This document shows positions 47,867 to 57,966 of a stretch of DNA of 64,000 nt, one piece after another. A program made the position numbers and the translations under genes. The notes under the pieces are model-generated. The model did not search any database. It saw nothing but the letters and a program-made list of their open reading frames with translations, and was not told the origin of the DNA. The stretch is from Vicinamibacteria bacterium. Lineage in GTDB: Bacteria > Acidobacteriota > Vicinamibacteria > Marinacidobacterales > Marinacidobacteraceae. The DNA lies in NCBI GenBank assembly GCA_964291235.2, contig OZ219815.1:1120001-1184000 (forward strand). Reading direction: 5' to 3'. Within the stretch, counting starts at the first letter, position 1, and every line of letters begins with the position of its first letter.

Positions 47867-47958
47867 GGCGGCGAGTGTACGGACCGTCCGCGACGTTTGC
47901 TCGGAGGCCGAATATCCAGGGGGAGGCTCCGGGCGCTCGCGTTACCACGAGTGCCCCA

Positions 47959-48191
47959 GGAGCGCCGGCCAGGAGCGCCGGCCTCTGGCCGGCATCGCTC
48001 CGCGCAGCGGAGCGAAACTCCCATCGTCAATCGTCCCGGATGGCGCGGTAGCTCAGCAGTGTGGCGCTGCGCGACTCCCCGGCTTGTACGGGGATGCGTG
48101 GTTCTCGTTCGGGTTGGCGCTGTCGAGGCTGATCAAGTCGGGGAGTTTCGCCTCGCTTCGCGCGGCGATGCCGGCCGGAGGCCGGCGCTCC
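47959..48191. repeat. Inverted pair of REP-like elements, 47972-48022 (+) and 48141-48191 (-), plus a partial copy at 47959
   Basis: GGAGCGCCGGCCTC(T/C)GGCCGGCATCGC-hairpin-GCGAAACTCCC in both orientations. Confidence 0.85.
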
Positions 48192-48193
48192 TA

Positions 48194-50656
48194 CTACCGC
48201 CGGCCGATCTCCTGGGTCGTCTCCATCCGCGGCGCCGCGTGCTTCACGTGGCGCTCGAGCCACTGGTGCTGCTCCCAGAGGGTGTGCATTACCGACTCGC
48301 GGGCCGCGTAGCCGTGGCTCTCGTGGGGGAGCATCACCAGTCGGGCGACGGCTCCATGCCCCTTGAGCGCGTGGTAGAAGCGGCGGCTCTGCACCGGGAA
48401 GGTCCCCGAGTTGTTGTCCACGATCCCGTGGATCAGCAGGATCGGCTCGTTGACCCGGTGCGCGTGCATGAACGGGGACATCCGGAAGTAGATCTCCGGG
48501 GCCTCCCAGAAGGTCCGTGGCTCGCTCTGGAACCCGAACGGGGTCAGGCTGCGGTTGAAGGCGCCGCTCCGGGCGATGCCCGCCCGGAAGATGTCCGAGT
48601 GCGCGAGCAGGTTCGCGGTCATGAACGCGCCGTAGGAATGCCCGGCGATCGCCGTCCGCTCCGGGTCGGCGACCCCGCGGCGGACCGCCTCGTCCACCGC
48701 CGCCTGAGCGCTCCCGACGAGCTGCTCGACGTAACTGTCGTTCGGCTCCTCGTCTCCTTCGCCGATGATCGGGATGGTTGCGTTCTCCATGACCGCGTAT
48801 CCCTGGGTCAGCCAGTAGAGCGCTGAACCCCAACTGACGAAGCTGAAGCGCTGCGGCGAATCGCGCACCTGGGCGGCGGCCGCGGCGCTCTTGTACTCGC
48901 GTGGATAGGCCCAGACGATCAGCGGCAGGCGTCCGTCGGTGGCTGCGTCATAACCCGGCGGGGTGTGCAGCAGCGCATTCAGTTCGACGCCGTCGGCGCG
49001 CTGGTAACGGATGAGTTCGCGTCCCGCGCCCTGAAGACCGGGGTAGGGGTGGGGGAAGTCGGTGATGGCGCGCGCCTCGCCCCCGTTCCCGAGATCGCGA
49101 ACGTAGTAGTTCGGCGGCGTCGTCCGGGTCTCCTTCCGGGTGAGCAGCAGCCCGGTCGCGGGGTCGAGGAGCGCGAGCGGCGTCTCGTAGGAGTCGGCGT
49201 CCGACTGGAACAGCCGGCGGGTCTCGCCGGTCTCGAGATCCCATTCGTCCACGAAGGGGCGGTTGCCCTCCGGGGACGCCCCCTCGGCGGCCAGATATGC
49301 CTTCGAGCCGTCCGCCGAAGTGAGGAGCACCCGCGCGCCCCGTTCGTTCCGGGTGGTCAGCGGCCTTCCCGGTGCGGCATAGCGGTCCTCGTAGGAGGTG
49401 TCGAAGGCGAGCGTGGGCTCGCCGCTGCCGGCGGTCGGGATGCTCCAGACCTGCTCGGCGCGGGTGATCCACCAGCGGGTGATCGCTACCCCGCGGCCGC
49501 CGCCGAAGGTCGCTCCCATCATCCGGAGCGGCACCTGGAGCAGCATTTCGGGATCGCCTTCGAAGGGCGCGGAAAGCTGCACGAGCACGTCCCGGACCGT
49601 AGCTTCGGCGTGCGGATCGCCCCCGTCGCGGGCCTCCACCCAGGCCACGGTGGCGTCGTGGTCGCCGCGCCAGTTGATGGACCGCGGTCCGGTGGGCGCG
49701 GAATCGCGGCCGATCGGGATCTCCTCGTGGAGCGGCAGGTCGGCGATCTCGCGCACCACCGCGCCGCTCCGGTCCCGGACCTCGATTCGGTGCGGGAAGC
49801 GCGAATACGGCACCAGCCAGGAGAACGGCTCGTGGACCGTGCTGACGAGCAGGTAGGTCCCGTCCGGCGAGGGGGCGAAGCGTTCGATGATGCCCGGTCC
49901 GGCGATCTCGGTGGTTTCGCCGGTGAGATCCGCCACCACCGCGCGGGCCGCGCCGTAGTAGCGGAAGAGGGCGTTGTCGTGGGGACTGGTCAGCAGATCC
50001 TGGTAGGTCCGCGCCGGCGCCACCCGTCCGGTGCTCTCCTGGATCACCGGCGTCTCGGGCACTGCCGGGGCCTCCGGCGGCATGCCGCGGTCCGGATCGA
50101 CGATCTTGACGGCGAGGTGGGCGCTGTCGCTGAGCCAGTGGAACGGGGTCCCCCGGAAAATCGCGTTCACTCCGGAGGTGACGCGGGTCGCGGCGCCGCT
50201 CCCGGCGTCCACGGTCCACAGCTCCACGCCGCCGTCGCCGGTATGGGTAAAGGCGAACCGGGAGCCATCCGGCGACCAGCTCAGGTGGTCGCCACGGAGC
50301 GGGTCGGGCAGGCCGGTGATGTCTGCCGCCGCACCGTCGTCAAGGCGCTGCAGGGTGAGTTCCCGGAACATCCGCCGCCGGCTCGCCGCGTTCGCCGCCG
50401 GGTCGATCCGGAGACCGGCGATCCGCAGTTCGGCCCGCGACAGTTCGGCGAGCGGAATCAGGCTCGAGCGGTGCGTCAACACCGCGTGCACCTTGTCCGG
50501 AGATACGGAGAGCCCTGGCGTCGGAGGGGCCTCGGCGATGCGCACGATGTCTTCCGGCGGCATCTGGTAGCCGTCCTGCGCGACGGCGCCGGCGGCAGCC
50601 AAAACGGCCGCGGCAACGGCCGGAACGATCAGCAAACGATGAAACGGAAGCCGCAT
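48194..50656 (-). CDS. S9 prolyl oligopeptidase family peptidase, exported
   Basis: Signal peptide, ARTYQDLL, GHSYGAFM, LIHG..DNN, LPHESH. Confidence 0.92.
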   Translation of the reverse strand: MRLPFHRLLIVPAVAAAVLAAAGAVAQDGYQMPPEDIVRIAEAPPTPGLSVSPDKVHAVLTHRSSLIPLAELSRAELRIAGLRIDPAANAASRRRMFRELTLQRLDDGAAADITGLPDPLRGDHLSWSPDGSRFAFTHTGDGGVELWTVDAGSGAATRVTSGVNAIFRGTPFHWLSDSAHLAVKIVDPDRGMPPEAPAVPETPVIQESTGRVAPARTYQDLLTSPHDNALFRYYGAARAVVADLTGETTEIAGPGIIERFAPSPDGTYLLVSTVHEPFSWLVPYSRFPHRIEVRDRSGAVVREIADLPLHEEIPIGRDSAPTGPRSINWRGDHDATVAWVEARDGGDPHAEATVRDVLVQLSAPFEGDPEMLLQVPLRMMGATFGGGRGVAITRWWITRAEQVWSIPTAGSGEPTLAFDTSYEDRYAAPGRPLTTRNERGARVLLTSADGSKAYLAAEGASPEGNRPFVDEWDLETGETRRLFQSDADSYETPLALLDPATGLLLTRKETRTTPPNYYVRDLGNGGEARAITDFPHPYPGLQGAGRELIRYQRADGVELNALLHTPPGYDAATDGRLPLIVWAYPREYKSAAAAAQVRDSPQRFSFVSWGSALYWLTQGYAVMENATIPIIGEGDEEPNDSYVEQLVGSAQAAVDEAVRRGVADPERTAIAGHSYGAFMTANLLAHSDIFRAGIARSGAFNRSLTPFGFQSEPRTFWEAPEIYFRMSPFMHAHRVNEPILLIHGIVDNNSGTFPVQSRRFYHALKGHGAVARLVMLPHESHGYAARESVMHTLWEQHQWLERHVKHAAPRMETTQEIGRR

Positions 50657-50724
50657 GACGGTCCCTCCTCCCCGCTCGGGGGAACCTCCCATCTTACGCG
50701 AGACGGGGGTCGGAGGGCTGGTGG

Positions 50725-51621
50725 TCAGCCGAACCGGTGCCGCCGCCAGAATGGCCGGACGAACTGGCCCCTCCGGTGAGCTTTCGTGACGAACAAGCCG
50801 GTAACGGCGGCGCAGACGAGGACGGCGACCAGCGAACCCTCCACGCCGAGGGCGCCTCCGGAGAGCAGGTCCGGCCCGCTGAGGCGGGACTGGAGGAGGC
50901 TTCCCACCTCGTGGCCCGAGAGATTGGGTCCGAAGACACCCGCCTGCATGAAGTTCCAACCGAAGTGGATGCCGATCGCCAGCCATAGCCGCCGGGTCAC
51001 GACGTAGGCGGCGCCGAGCAGCATTCCTGCCTCGATTCCGATCGCGGCGGCTCCGTAGAGCGTGGCGTTCGGATTGCCCAGGTGCGCGGCTCCGAAGAAG
51101 ACCACCGTGATCGCGAACGCCGCCCAGGTCCCGAGTCCCTCCTCCACGATCCGGAACAGGACGCCCCGAAAGACCACTTCCTCGATGTAGCCGGACGTCG
51201 CGGCGATGCCGAACGCGCTAAACAGGACGGTCCAGGCGCCGGCGCTCTCGACGTGGTAGTAACCAAGACCGGCGATGACGGCCACGGTCAGACTCAGGCA
51301 GACGGCTCCCACAACGATCCCGGCCACCGTTTCGCGGGGAGCCCCGTCCAGCGCCAACTCGTCCGCGGATCGGTCTTCGATCAGCCGCGTCATACCGCGG
51401 TACACCCAGTGGACGACGAGGATTGAGATCACCACCCGCGCCGCGGTGATCGGCCATCCCCCGCCGAGCAACCGGGACAGGCCGCCGACCGCGATCCCCT
51501 CGAGCCAGAGCGCACCGCCAATCGCAGCCGCGAAGAGGACGATCCGGATCGGCGGAAGTTGGGCGATCCGGGCGAGCAACCCCGGCGGCGGCCGCCCGTA
51601 AGTCGTTGCCGTCCCGACCAT
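50725..51621 (-). CDS. CPBP (CAAX/Abi) intramembrane metalloprotease
   Basis: EEVVFRG, FGAAH, HFGWN motifs; multiple TM helices. Confidence 0.9.
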   Translation of the reverse strand: MVGTATTYGRPPPGLLARIAQLPPIRIVLFAAAIGGALWLEGIAVGGLSRLLGGGWPITAARVVISILVVHWVYRGMTRLIEDRSADELALDGAPRETVAGIVVGAVCLSLTVAVIAGLGYYHVESAGAWTVLFSAFGIAATSGYIEEVVFRGVLFRIVEEGLGTWAAFAITVVFFGAAHLGNPNATLYGAAAIGIEAGMLLGAAYVVTRRLWLAIGIHFGWNFMQAGVFGPNLSGHEVGSLLQSRLSGPDLLSGGALGVEGSLVAVLVCAAVTGLFVTKAHRRGQFVRPFWRRHRFG

Positions 51622-51715
51622 TACGTGATTGTGTCACCTTTGCAATGTGCCAGGAAGGGTACGATCCGTTCCGCCCGCGTCCGATGGTTTCATCGGTCGG
51701 GCAAGGAGGCTCGTC

Positions 51716-52675
51716 ATGCTCCGAAACCTGCTGAAGCTCTCACTGCTGGCTTTCGGGCTGGCCGCTTGTGGCTCCCCGGAGCCCGCTCCGCCGCCGGAGC
51801 CGGAGCCCGAGGTTCCGGCCCGCACCGCGGATCCCTTCCAGCGCGGGCTGACTGAGGCGGACTTCCCCCGCGTTCAGGAGCTCGCGCCGGGCGTGTATTC
51901 CTACGAGCAGCTCCGCGCCGCCGGCGAGGAACTCTTCACCACGGTGAGCATGTTCGTGGTGACCGACGAGGGGGTGCTCGTCGCGGACGGGCAGGGCAAC
52001 TTCGAGGAGACCGCCCGGATGGTCGAAGAGATCGGCAAGCTCACCGACCAGCCGATCACCCACGTGGTGATCGCTTCCGACCATGGAGATCACACCGCGG
52101 GGAACGGCGCGTTCCCCGAGGGCGTCGAGTACATCGTGCACGAGAACTCGGTGGCGGCGATGGAGCGGAACCGGGAGCGGATCCCGGAGATCCCGATGCC
52201 GGAAACGGTGATCTCCGACCGCCTGGATCTGACGCTCGGCGGGCGCGCGATCGAGGTGTTGTTCCTCGGCCGCGCCCACACCGGCGGCGACCTGGTGGTC
52301 CACCTGCCGGAGGAGAGCGTGCTCTTCCTGACCGAGGCCTATCTCCACCGGGTGTATCCGGCGATGCGGTCGGCGTACCCGACCGAGTGGGTGGCGATGC
52401 TGCGCCGGGCCCAGGAGATGAACGCCCGGGTGAACGTGCCGGGGCACGGCTTCGTGGACAGCCCCGAGATGTTGGCGGAGGAGCTACAGGTCGCCATCGA
52501 GGCGCTCGAGACGGTGATCGCCGAGTCCACGCGCCTCCACGAGATGGGTCTCAGTCCCGAGGAGGCCGATGCCGAGGCCGACTTCGGCGATCTCGAGACC
52601 TGGTCGCTCCGGGAGAGTCAGCGGGGAATGGCGCTCCGGCGGGTCTACATGGAGCTGAACGGCGAGCTGCCGTAG
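51716..52675 (+). CDS. MBL-fold metallo-hydrolase lipoprotein
   Basis: Lipobox LAAC, ASDHGDHTAGN, AHTGGD, VPGHG. Confidence 0.85.
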   Translation: MLRNLLKLSLLAFGLAACGSPEPAPPPEPEPEVPARTADPFQRGLTEADFPRVQELAPGVYSYEQLRAAGEELFTTVSMFVVTDEGVLVADGQGNFEETARMVEEIGKLTDQPITHVVIASDHGDHTAGNGAFPEGVEYIVHENSVAAMERNRERIPEIPMPETVISDRLDLTLGGRAIEVLFLGRAHTGGDLVVHLPEESVLFLTEAYLHRVYPAMRSAYPTEWVAMLRRAQEMNARVNVPGHGFVDSPEMLAEELQVAIEALETVIAESTRLHEMGLSPEEADAEADFGDLETWSLRESQRGMALRRVYMELNGELP

Positions 52676-52716
52676 GGGCGAGGCACGACGCATGAACTCC
52701 TTAGAAGTGACATTTA

Positions 52717-52836
52717 TGCTGCCGATTTTGTAGTTGTCCTACCAAATGGGCAGCACAAGGCGCTTCCGGCCGTCTTCCTGGGGCGATATCGGAACCGGCC
52801 GGTCGGAGCCTGGGGCGATATCGGTGCCGGCCGGTC
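52717..52836. repeat. 17-bp inverted repeat (52717-52755) plus a 28-bp direct repeat pair (52777-52804, 52809-52836)
   Basis: TGCTGCCGATTTTGTAG-ttgtc-CTACCAAATGGGCAGCA; CCTGGGGCGATATCGG(AA/TG)CCGGCCGGTC twice. Confidence 0.75.
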
Positions 52837-52837
52837 T

Positions 52838-55138
52838 TCAGCCTTCGTCCGTCGGCGGCGGGGCTGATTTCCGGGCGTGCACACTCGCCCGGACGATGCG
52901 GATCTCCTCGTAGGAGTACGCGGGGCCCAGGCGGTCGCGGACCGGTCGCAGCGCCTCGGAGCCGGCAGCGAGTAGCGCCGCCCGGATGCGAGCGGCGCGC
53001 TCCGGAGGCGGCAGGCTCGGGGAGAGATCGAGGGCCGCGCCGTCCCGGACCAGGCGTTCGAGGTGTCCGAGCACGGTCTCGACGGTCACCGCCCGGATCT
53101 TCGCGATTTCCGCGACGGAGCGGCCCTCCTCGAGGAGTTCGCGGGTGGTGGCGAGCGTCTGCGTCCGCTTCGCGGGGCCGGGGCTGCGGGGCTTCGCCGG
53201 GGGAAGGAGATCCGTGGCGCGGTCGGACAGGTCCCTGAGCGCGGTGTGTCCGCGCACGGCTTCGAGGAAGGGCGCTCCGTACCGTTCCAGCTTCGCCGGG
53301 CCGAACCCGTGAATGCGGAGCAGGCTGTCCTCGCTCTGCGGGAGGAACGCCGCCATCTCCCGGAGCGTCCGGTCGCCGCATACCTGGAAGGGACGGAGCC
53401 GGTCGCGCTCGGCGAGCCGGCGGCGGAGATCCCGCAGCGCCTCGAACAGATCGGCCTCGATCTCCGGCGGTGGCGGCGTCGCGGCGCCGCCGGGCGCCGA
53501 ATCGGTGGCGGCGGAAGAAGCCGGCGCTCCGGCTCGGCGCGGGTCCGGCGGCGCGGGCCGCGGGCGGGTCAGCGTGATCCGCTCGCGGGCGCCGAGGAAG
53601 CTCCAGCCCGCGGGCGCGATGGAGATCGTCGGAAACTCGCCGGCGGCGCGGAGGAGCAGCCCGCGGTCCACGAGTTGGTCGGCAAAATCGCGGAGGTCCT
53701 CGGCCGCGAACTCGCGGGCGATCCCGTGGACGCTGAGCCGCTCGTGGCCGAACTGGAGCACCTTGCGGCTCCGGGACCCGCGGAGCACCTCGGTCACGTG
53801 GGCCATGCCGAACCGCGCGCCGGTGCGATGGACGGCGGAGAGGATCTTCTGGGCGATCTCGGTGCCGTCGAACTCCGTACCGCCGGCATCCGGATCGAGA
53901 CAGTTGTCGCAGTTGCCGCACCCGTCCCCTCCCTCCGGGGTCCGCTCCCCGAAGTAGTCGAGCAGATGCCGGCGGCGGCAGGTGCGGAGCTGGCAATAGC
54001 CGAGCACCCGGCGCAGCCGGGCGAGCGCGCGGTTTCGTTCCTCCGGGTCCTCGATCTCCCGAATGAACCCCTCCTGGGTGCTGCGGTCCGCGGTCGTGTA
54101 GAAGAGGACACAGTCGCTCGGCTCCCCGTCCCGTCCGGCGCGTCCGGTCTCCTGGTAATAGCCCTCGAGGGACTTCGGCAGGTTGTAGTGGACGATGAGC
54201 CGGATGTCCGGCACGTCAATCCCCATCCCGAAGGCGATCGTCGCCACGATGACGGGGGTCTGCTTGCCGCGGAACCGGTCGTGGGCGTCGCGTCGCTCGT
54301 CGTGTTCGAGCCCGGCGTGGTACGGCAGGGCTTCGATCCCGGCGCCCCGCAGCGCGGCCGCGACGTTCTCCGTCTCCCGGCGGGCCAGGCAGTACACGAT
54401 GGCGGACTCTCCCGCCCGCTCGCGCAGCATGGCGGTCAGCACCGGCAGCGAACGCCGCTTCGGGCGGACCGCGTAGTGGATGTTCGGGCGGTTGAAGCTG
54501 GCGACCAGGAACTCGGGGTCCTCCATCCCCAGCCGGGCGGCGACGTCGGCGCGGACGCGCGGCGTCGCGGTTGCCGTGAGCGCCATGAACGGGGCTTCGG
54601 GAAGCCGCTCGCGCAGCGCGCCCAGGGTCAGGTAGTCGGGTCGGAACTCATGTCCCCACTGTGAGATGCAATGCGCCTCGTCCACCGCGACGAAGCCGAC
54701 TCGCAGACGCCCCAGCAAGCCCGGGAAACCGGATAGCGCAATTCGTTCGGGCGCCACGTAGAGCAGCTTGAGGTCGCCCCGGAGCGTCGCGCCCCGGACC
54801 TCGTTCGACTCCGCCGCGCTCATCGAACTGTTCAGACATCCGGCAGCGATGCCGCGGGCGCGGAGAGCGTCCACTTGGTCCTTCATCAGCGCGATCAGCG
54901 GTGAGACCACCAGCGTGAGCCCGTCGCGGGCGAGCGCCGGAAGCTGGTAGCACAGCGATTTGCCGCCGCCGGTGGGCATGAGCACCACCGTGTCCCGCCC
55001 GGCGAGCGCCGCCCGGATGGCCCGCTCCTGAAGCGGCCGGAAGGCGTCATGGCCGAAGTGCCGCTGGAGGAGGCCGCGGAGCGGGGCGTCGGCGCCCGGG
55101 GCCGGCTCCGCGCCATGGGCCGGAGCGGGGGCGCGCAC
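52838..55138 (-). CDS. recQ: ATP-dependent DNA helicase RecQ
   Basis: MPTGGGKS, VDEAHCISQWG, QETGRAGRDG, Zn-binding Cys residues, RQC, HRDC, C-terminal HTH. Confidence 0.96.
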   Translation of the reverse strand: MRAPAPAHGAEPAPGADAPLRGLLQRHFGHDAFRPLQERAIRAALAGRDTVVLMPTGGGKSLCYQLPALARDGLTLVVSPLIALMKDQVDALRARGIAAGCLNSSMSAAESNEVRGATLRGDLKLLYVAPERIALSGFPGLLGRLRVGFVAVDEAHCISQWGHEFRPDYLTLGALRERLPEAPFMALTATATPRVRADVAARLGMEDPEFLVASFNRPNIHYAVRPKRRSLPVLTAMLRERAGESAIVYCLARRETENVAAALRGAGIEALPYHAGLEHDERRDAHDRFRGKQTPVIVATIAFGMGIDVPDIRLIVHYNLPKSLEGYYQETGRAGRDGEPSDCVLFYTTADRSTQEGFIREIEDPEERNRALARLRRVLGYCQLRTCRRRHLLDYFGERTPEGGDGCGNCDNCLDPDAGGTEFDGTEIAQKILSAVHRTGARFGMAHVTEVLRGSRSRKVLQFGHERLSVHGIAREFAAEDLRDFADQLVDRGLLLRAAGEFPTISIAPAGWSFLGARERITLTRPRPAPPDPRRAGAPASSAATDSAPGGAATPPPPEIEADLFEALRDLRRRLAERDRLRPFQVCGDRTLREMAAFLPQSEDSLLRIHGFGPAKLERYGAPFLEAVRGHTALRDLSDRATDLLPPAKPRSPGPAKRTQTLATTRELLEEGRSVAEIAKIRAVTVETVLGHLERLVRDGAALDLSPSLPPPERAARIRAALLAAGSEALRPVRDRLGPAYSYEEIRIVRASVHARKSAPPPTDEG

Positions 55139-55184
55139 GCCGGAATGGTAGGCCGCCGGGCGCAGTCGCCGCGCGGCCCCGCCG

Positions 55185-56402
55185 CTACCCGGCGAGACCC
55201 GCGAGGTCGGCCAGCTTGTAGAGCGAGAGCGCCGTGATCACGGCGACCACCGCGACCCCGACGACGTTCTGGAGCGTCCCGTTCCGGTGCTCGCCCATGA
55301 TCGCGCGGCGGTTCGCCACGATGAGCAGCAGGACGAGCGCCAGTGGCAGCACCACCCCGTTCCCGGCCTGGGCGAAGAGAATGATCTGGTAGGGAGAAGC
55401 TCCGAGGAAGATGCCGCAGAACATGCCGGTGAGGAGGATGAATCCCCACAGCATCCGGAAGCGGCGGTCCTTGAGGTTGGTGCTCCAGCCAAGCGCTCCC
55501 GCGGTGGCGTAGGCCCCGGCGAGCGGGGCGGTAATTGCCGAGGTGAGGCCGGCCGCGAAGAGCCCCATGCCGAAGAAGATCGGGGCCGCCCGCCCCAGGA
55601 GCGGTTCCAACTGGCTGGCCACCGCCGCCGCGTTGGCCGCTTCGGCGCCCTGCCCCAGCAACGGGCTCGCCGCCACCACCACCGCCGCGGTGATGATCCC
55701 GCCGAGGGCCACCGAGCGCAGGGTGTCGCCGCGGGCCTCCCGGATGTTGGCCGCGTTGCGCTCGGCGTCGGGCCAGCGCTCGAGCACGGTGCTGGCGTGG
55801 AGGAAGAGGTTGTAGGAGACCACCGTCGTCCCGATGAGCGCGAGCACCACCGTGAGGGAGCCTTCCGGGATCGTTGGGGTGAAGGCGCCGGCGAGCAGGT
55901 CCCCGATGTCCGGGGCGGTCATGACCGCGACGATCAGGAAGACGATGCTCATCAGGCCGACGAGGACGACCAGCGTGTTCTGGATCGTCTTGTAGGCGCC
56001 GGTGAGCAGCAGCCCGCCGGCGGCGCCGCCGATGGTCGCCACCAGCAACCACTGCGGGGTTCCGGTCAGCAGATTCAGCCCGAGCGAGGCGCCGAGGATG
56101 TTCCCGGTCTGGAACGCCGCGTTGCCGATCAGGATGGTGACCGCGATCAGCCCCAGGATGAGCGTCCGGGCGATCGGGTTCCGGAGGCTCAGGGCGATGG
56201 ACTCGGCGAGGCCGCGCCGGCCCGCCAGGCCCACGCGCGCCGCCGCCTCCTGGAGCGCCGCGGTGGCGATCACCGAGAAGAGGACGGCCCAGAGCAGCGT
56301 GGTCCCGTAACCGGCACCTGCCCGGCTGGCGGTGACGATGGTGCCCGGTCCGATGAAGGCGGCGGTAACCAGGAAACCCGGTCCGGCTTTGAAGCGGCTC
56401 AT
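55185..56402 (-). CDS. NRAMP-superfamily transporter (YcsG-like)
   Basis: GPGFLVTAAFIGPGT, QEAAAR, GNAAFQTGN, about 11 TM helices; GGAGG RBS. Confidence 0.85.
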   Translation of the reverse strand: MSRFKAGPGFLVTAAFIGPGTIVTASRAGAGYGTTLLWAVLFSVIATAALQEAAARVGLAGRRGLAESIALSLRNPIARTLILGLIAVTILIGNAAFQTGNILGASLGLNLLTGTPQWLLVATIGGAAGGLLLTGAYKTIQNTLVVLVGLMSIVFLIVAVMTAPDIGDLLAGAFTPTIPEGSLTVVLALIGTTVVSYNLFLHASTVLERWPDAERNAANIREARGDTLRSVALGGIITAAVVVAASPLLGQGAEAANAAAVASQLEPLLGRAAPIFFGMGLFAAGLTSAITAPLAGAYATAGALGWSTNLKDRRFRMLWGFILLTGMFCGIFLGASPYQIILFAQAGNGVVLPLALVLLLIVANRRAIMGEHRNGTLQNVVGVAVVAVITALSLYKLADLAGLAG

Positions 56403-56411
56403 TTTGACCTC

Positions 56412-57962
56412 CTACGCCAGGTCTTCGCGGATCGCGCGAGCGGTGTTGCGCCCCGAAACCCCGTGGAGCCCGCCATAAGGGTATGTCCCCGGCCCCGCGA
56501 GGTAGAGCCCCGGGATGGGCATCCGGTGCCGGGCGAAGCCTGGGACCGGGCGGAGCGAGTAGAACTGGTCGAGCGCGGGCTCGCCCTGATGGAAGCTCCC
56601 CTCGATCAGTCCGAAGCCCCGTTCCAGGGTTCCCGGCGTCAGCACCCGGGACGACTTCACGAGTCCCCGGATCCCCGGGAAGGCGCGCTCCAGCGCGCCG
56701 AGGGTCGCTTCCAGCACCAGGCCCTCGTCGCCGTCCTGGGGGACCGACTGGACCGTCGCCGCCAGGACCGCGCCGTCATGTGCGAGTTCCCGGTCGTGGA
56801 CGGAAGGGAAGGAGGCGAACACCAGGGGCTCGCTGGCGATCTCCCCGTACTTCGCGGCATCGCAGGCCCGTTCGAGATCGAGCACCTCGGCGCCGATCTG
56901 GACGACGCCGCCGAGGCGCGGATCGTCCTCGGGCGCCCCGGCGAAGCGGGGAAGCGAGGAGAGCGCGAGCCCCACCCGCGCCGCCGTCCCCCGGTAGCGG
57001 ATGTTCCGGACCTCGTGGAGGAAGTCGGGCGACAGGTGTCCGGCCCCGACCCAGCCGAGGAGCGTCGTTCCCGGAGCGGCGTCGGAGATAACCACGTCGC
57101 AGCTCACCTCTTGCCCGTCTCCCAGTTCCACTCCGGTGACTCCGCCGCGGCCGGTCACGATGCGGCGGACGCCCCCCGATTCGGATTCGAGATGGACACC
57201 GGCGTCCTGCGCCGCCGCGCGGAGCGCCCGCCCGACTGCCGACGAGCCGCCGCGGGCCGGACGGACCCAGGCGAGGGGATCCGGATCCCCGAACGCGTGG
57301 AAATGGAGGAAGAGGCCGGCGGTTCCCGGCGCCCGGGTGCCGAGGCGGGTGCCGGTCAGGGAGGGGCCGGCGAGCGCCGCCTTGAGCGGCTCGCTCTCGA
57401 ACCAGTCGCCCAGGTAGTCCACGAGCGGCATGGGGAGCGCACGCAGCAGCCCGTTCAACCGTTTCCCGCCGAGCCCGAGCGCCGCGAAGGCGGCGGGGAT
57501 GGCGTCCGGCAGGGTCGCATCGAGTTGCAGCGGCGGCTGTTCCAGCAGCTTCCGCAAGAACCCGGCGAAGGCGCGCAGTTCGGCCATGAACTCCGGGAAG
57601 CGCGCGGCGTCGTTCGCGGAGAGCCCGGCGACGGCAAGCCGCGCCCGCTCGAGATCGCGCGGCAGTGCGAAGCACTCGCCCTCTCGCCCGACGACGGTCA
57701 GCACCGGGTCGGCGGCGACCAGCTCCAGGCCGTGGCGCCCGAGGTCGAGGTCCCGCGCCACCGCGGGATCGAGCGAGGGCAGCGTCTCCGGGAACACCGG
57801 AAGCTGAAACCCGGAGCTGATCTCGACGTTCGCGGCGACCCCGCCGGGTTGTCCGCGCTGGCCAACCGCCAGCACCGAATGCCCGGCCTCGGCGAGATAC
57901 GCCGCCGCGACGAGGGCGTCCGGTCCCCCGCCGATCGCGCAGACGTCGTAGGAATCGCGCAT
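56412..57962 (-). CDS. Phytoene-desaturase-like FAD oxidoreductase, degenerate paralogue
   Basis: IGGGPDALVAAAYLA, LERACDAAKYG, GLYLAGPGTYPYGGLHG. Confidence 0.82.
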   Translation of the reverse strand: MRDSYDVCAIGGGPDALVAAAYLAEAGHSVLAVGQRGQPGGVAANVEISSGFQLPVFPETLPSLDPAVARDLDLGRHGLELVAADPVLTVVGREGECFALPRDLERARLAVAGLSANDAARFPEFMAELRAFAGFLRKLLEQPPLQLDATLPDAIPAAFAALGLGGKRLNGLLRALPMPLVDYLGDWFESEPLKAALAGPSLTGTRLGTRAPGTAGLFLHFHAFGDPDPLAWVRPARGGSSAVGRALRAAAQDAGVHLESESGGVRRIVTGRGGVTGVELGDGQEVSCDVVISDAAPGTTLLGWVGAGHLSPDFLHEVRNIRYRGTAARVGLALSSLPRFAGAPEDDPRLGGVVQIGAEVLDLERACDAAKYGEIASEPLVFASFPSVHDRELAHDGAVLAATVQSVPQDGDEGLVLEATLGALERAFPGIRGLVKSSRVLTPGTLERGFGLIEGSFHQGEPALDQFYSLRPVPGFARHRMPIPGLYLAGPGTYPYGGLHGVSGRNTARAIREDLA

Positions 57963-57966
57963 CGGG

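Noticed and set aside
465-56402. Glutathione/5-oxoproline pathway formed by GGT, GGCT and the YcsG-like transporter
   Set aside because: The genes are 10-45 kb apart in unrelated transcription units and no pxpABC is present
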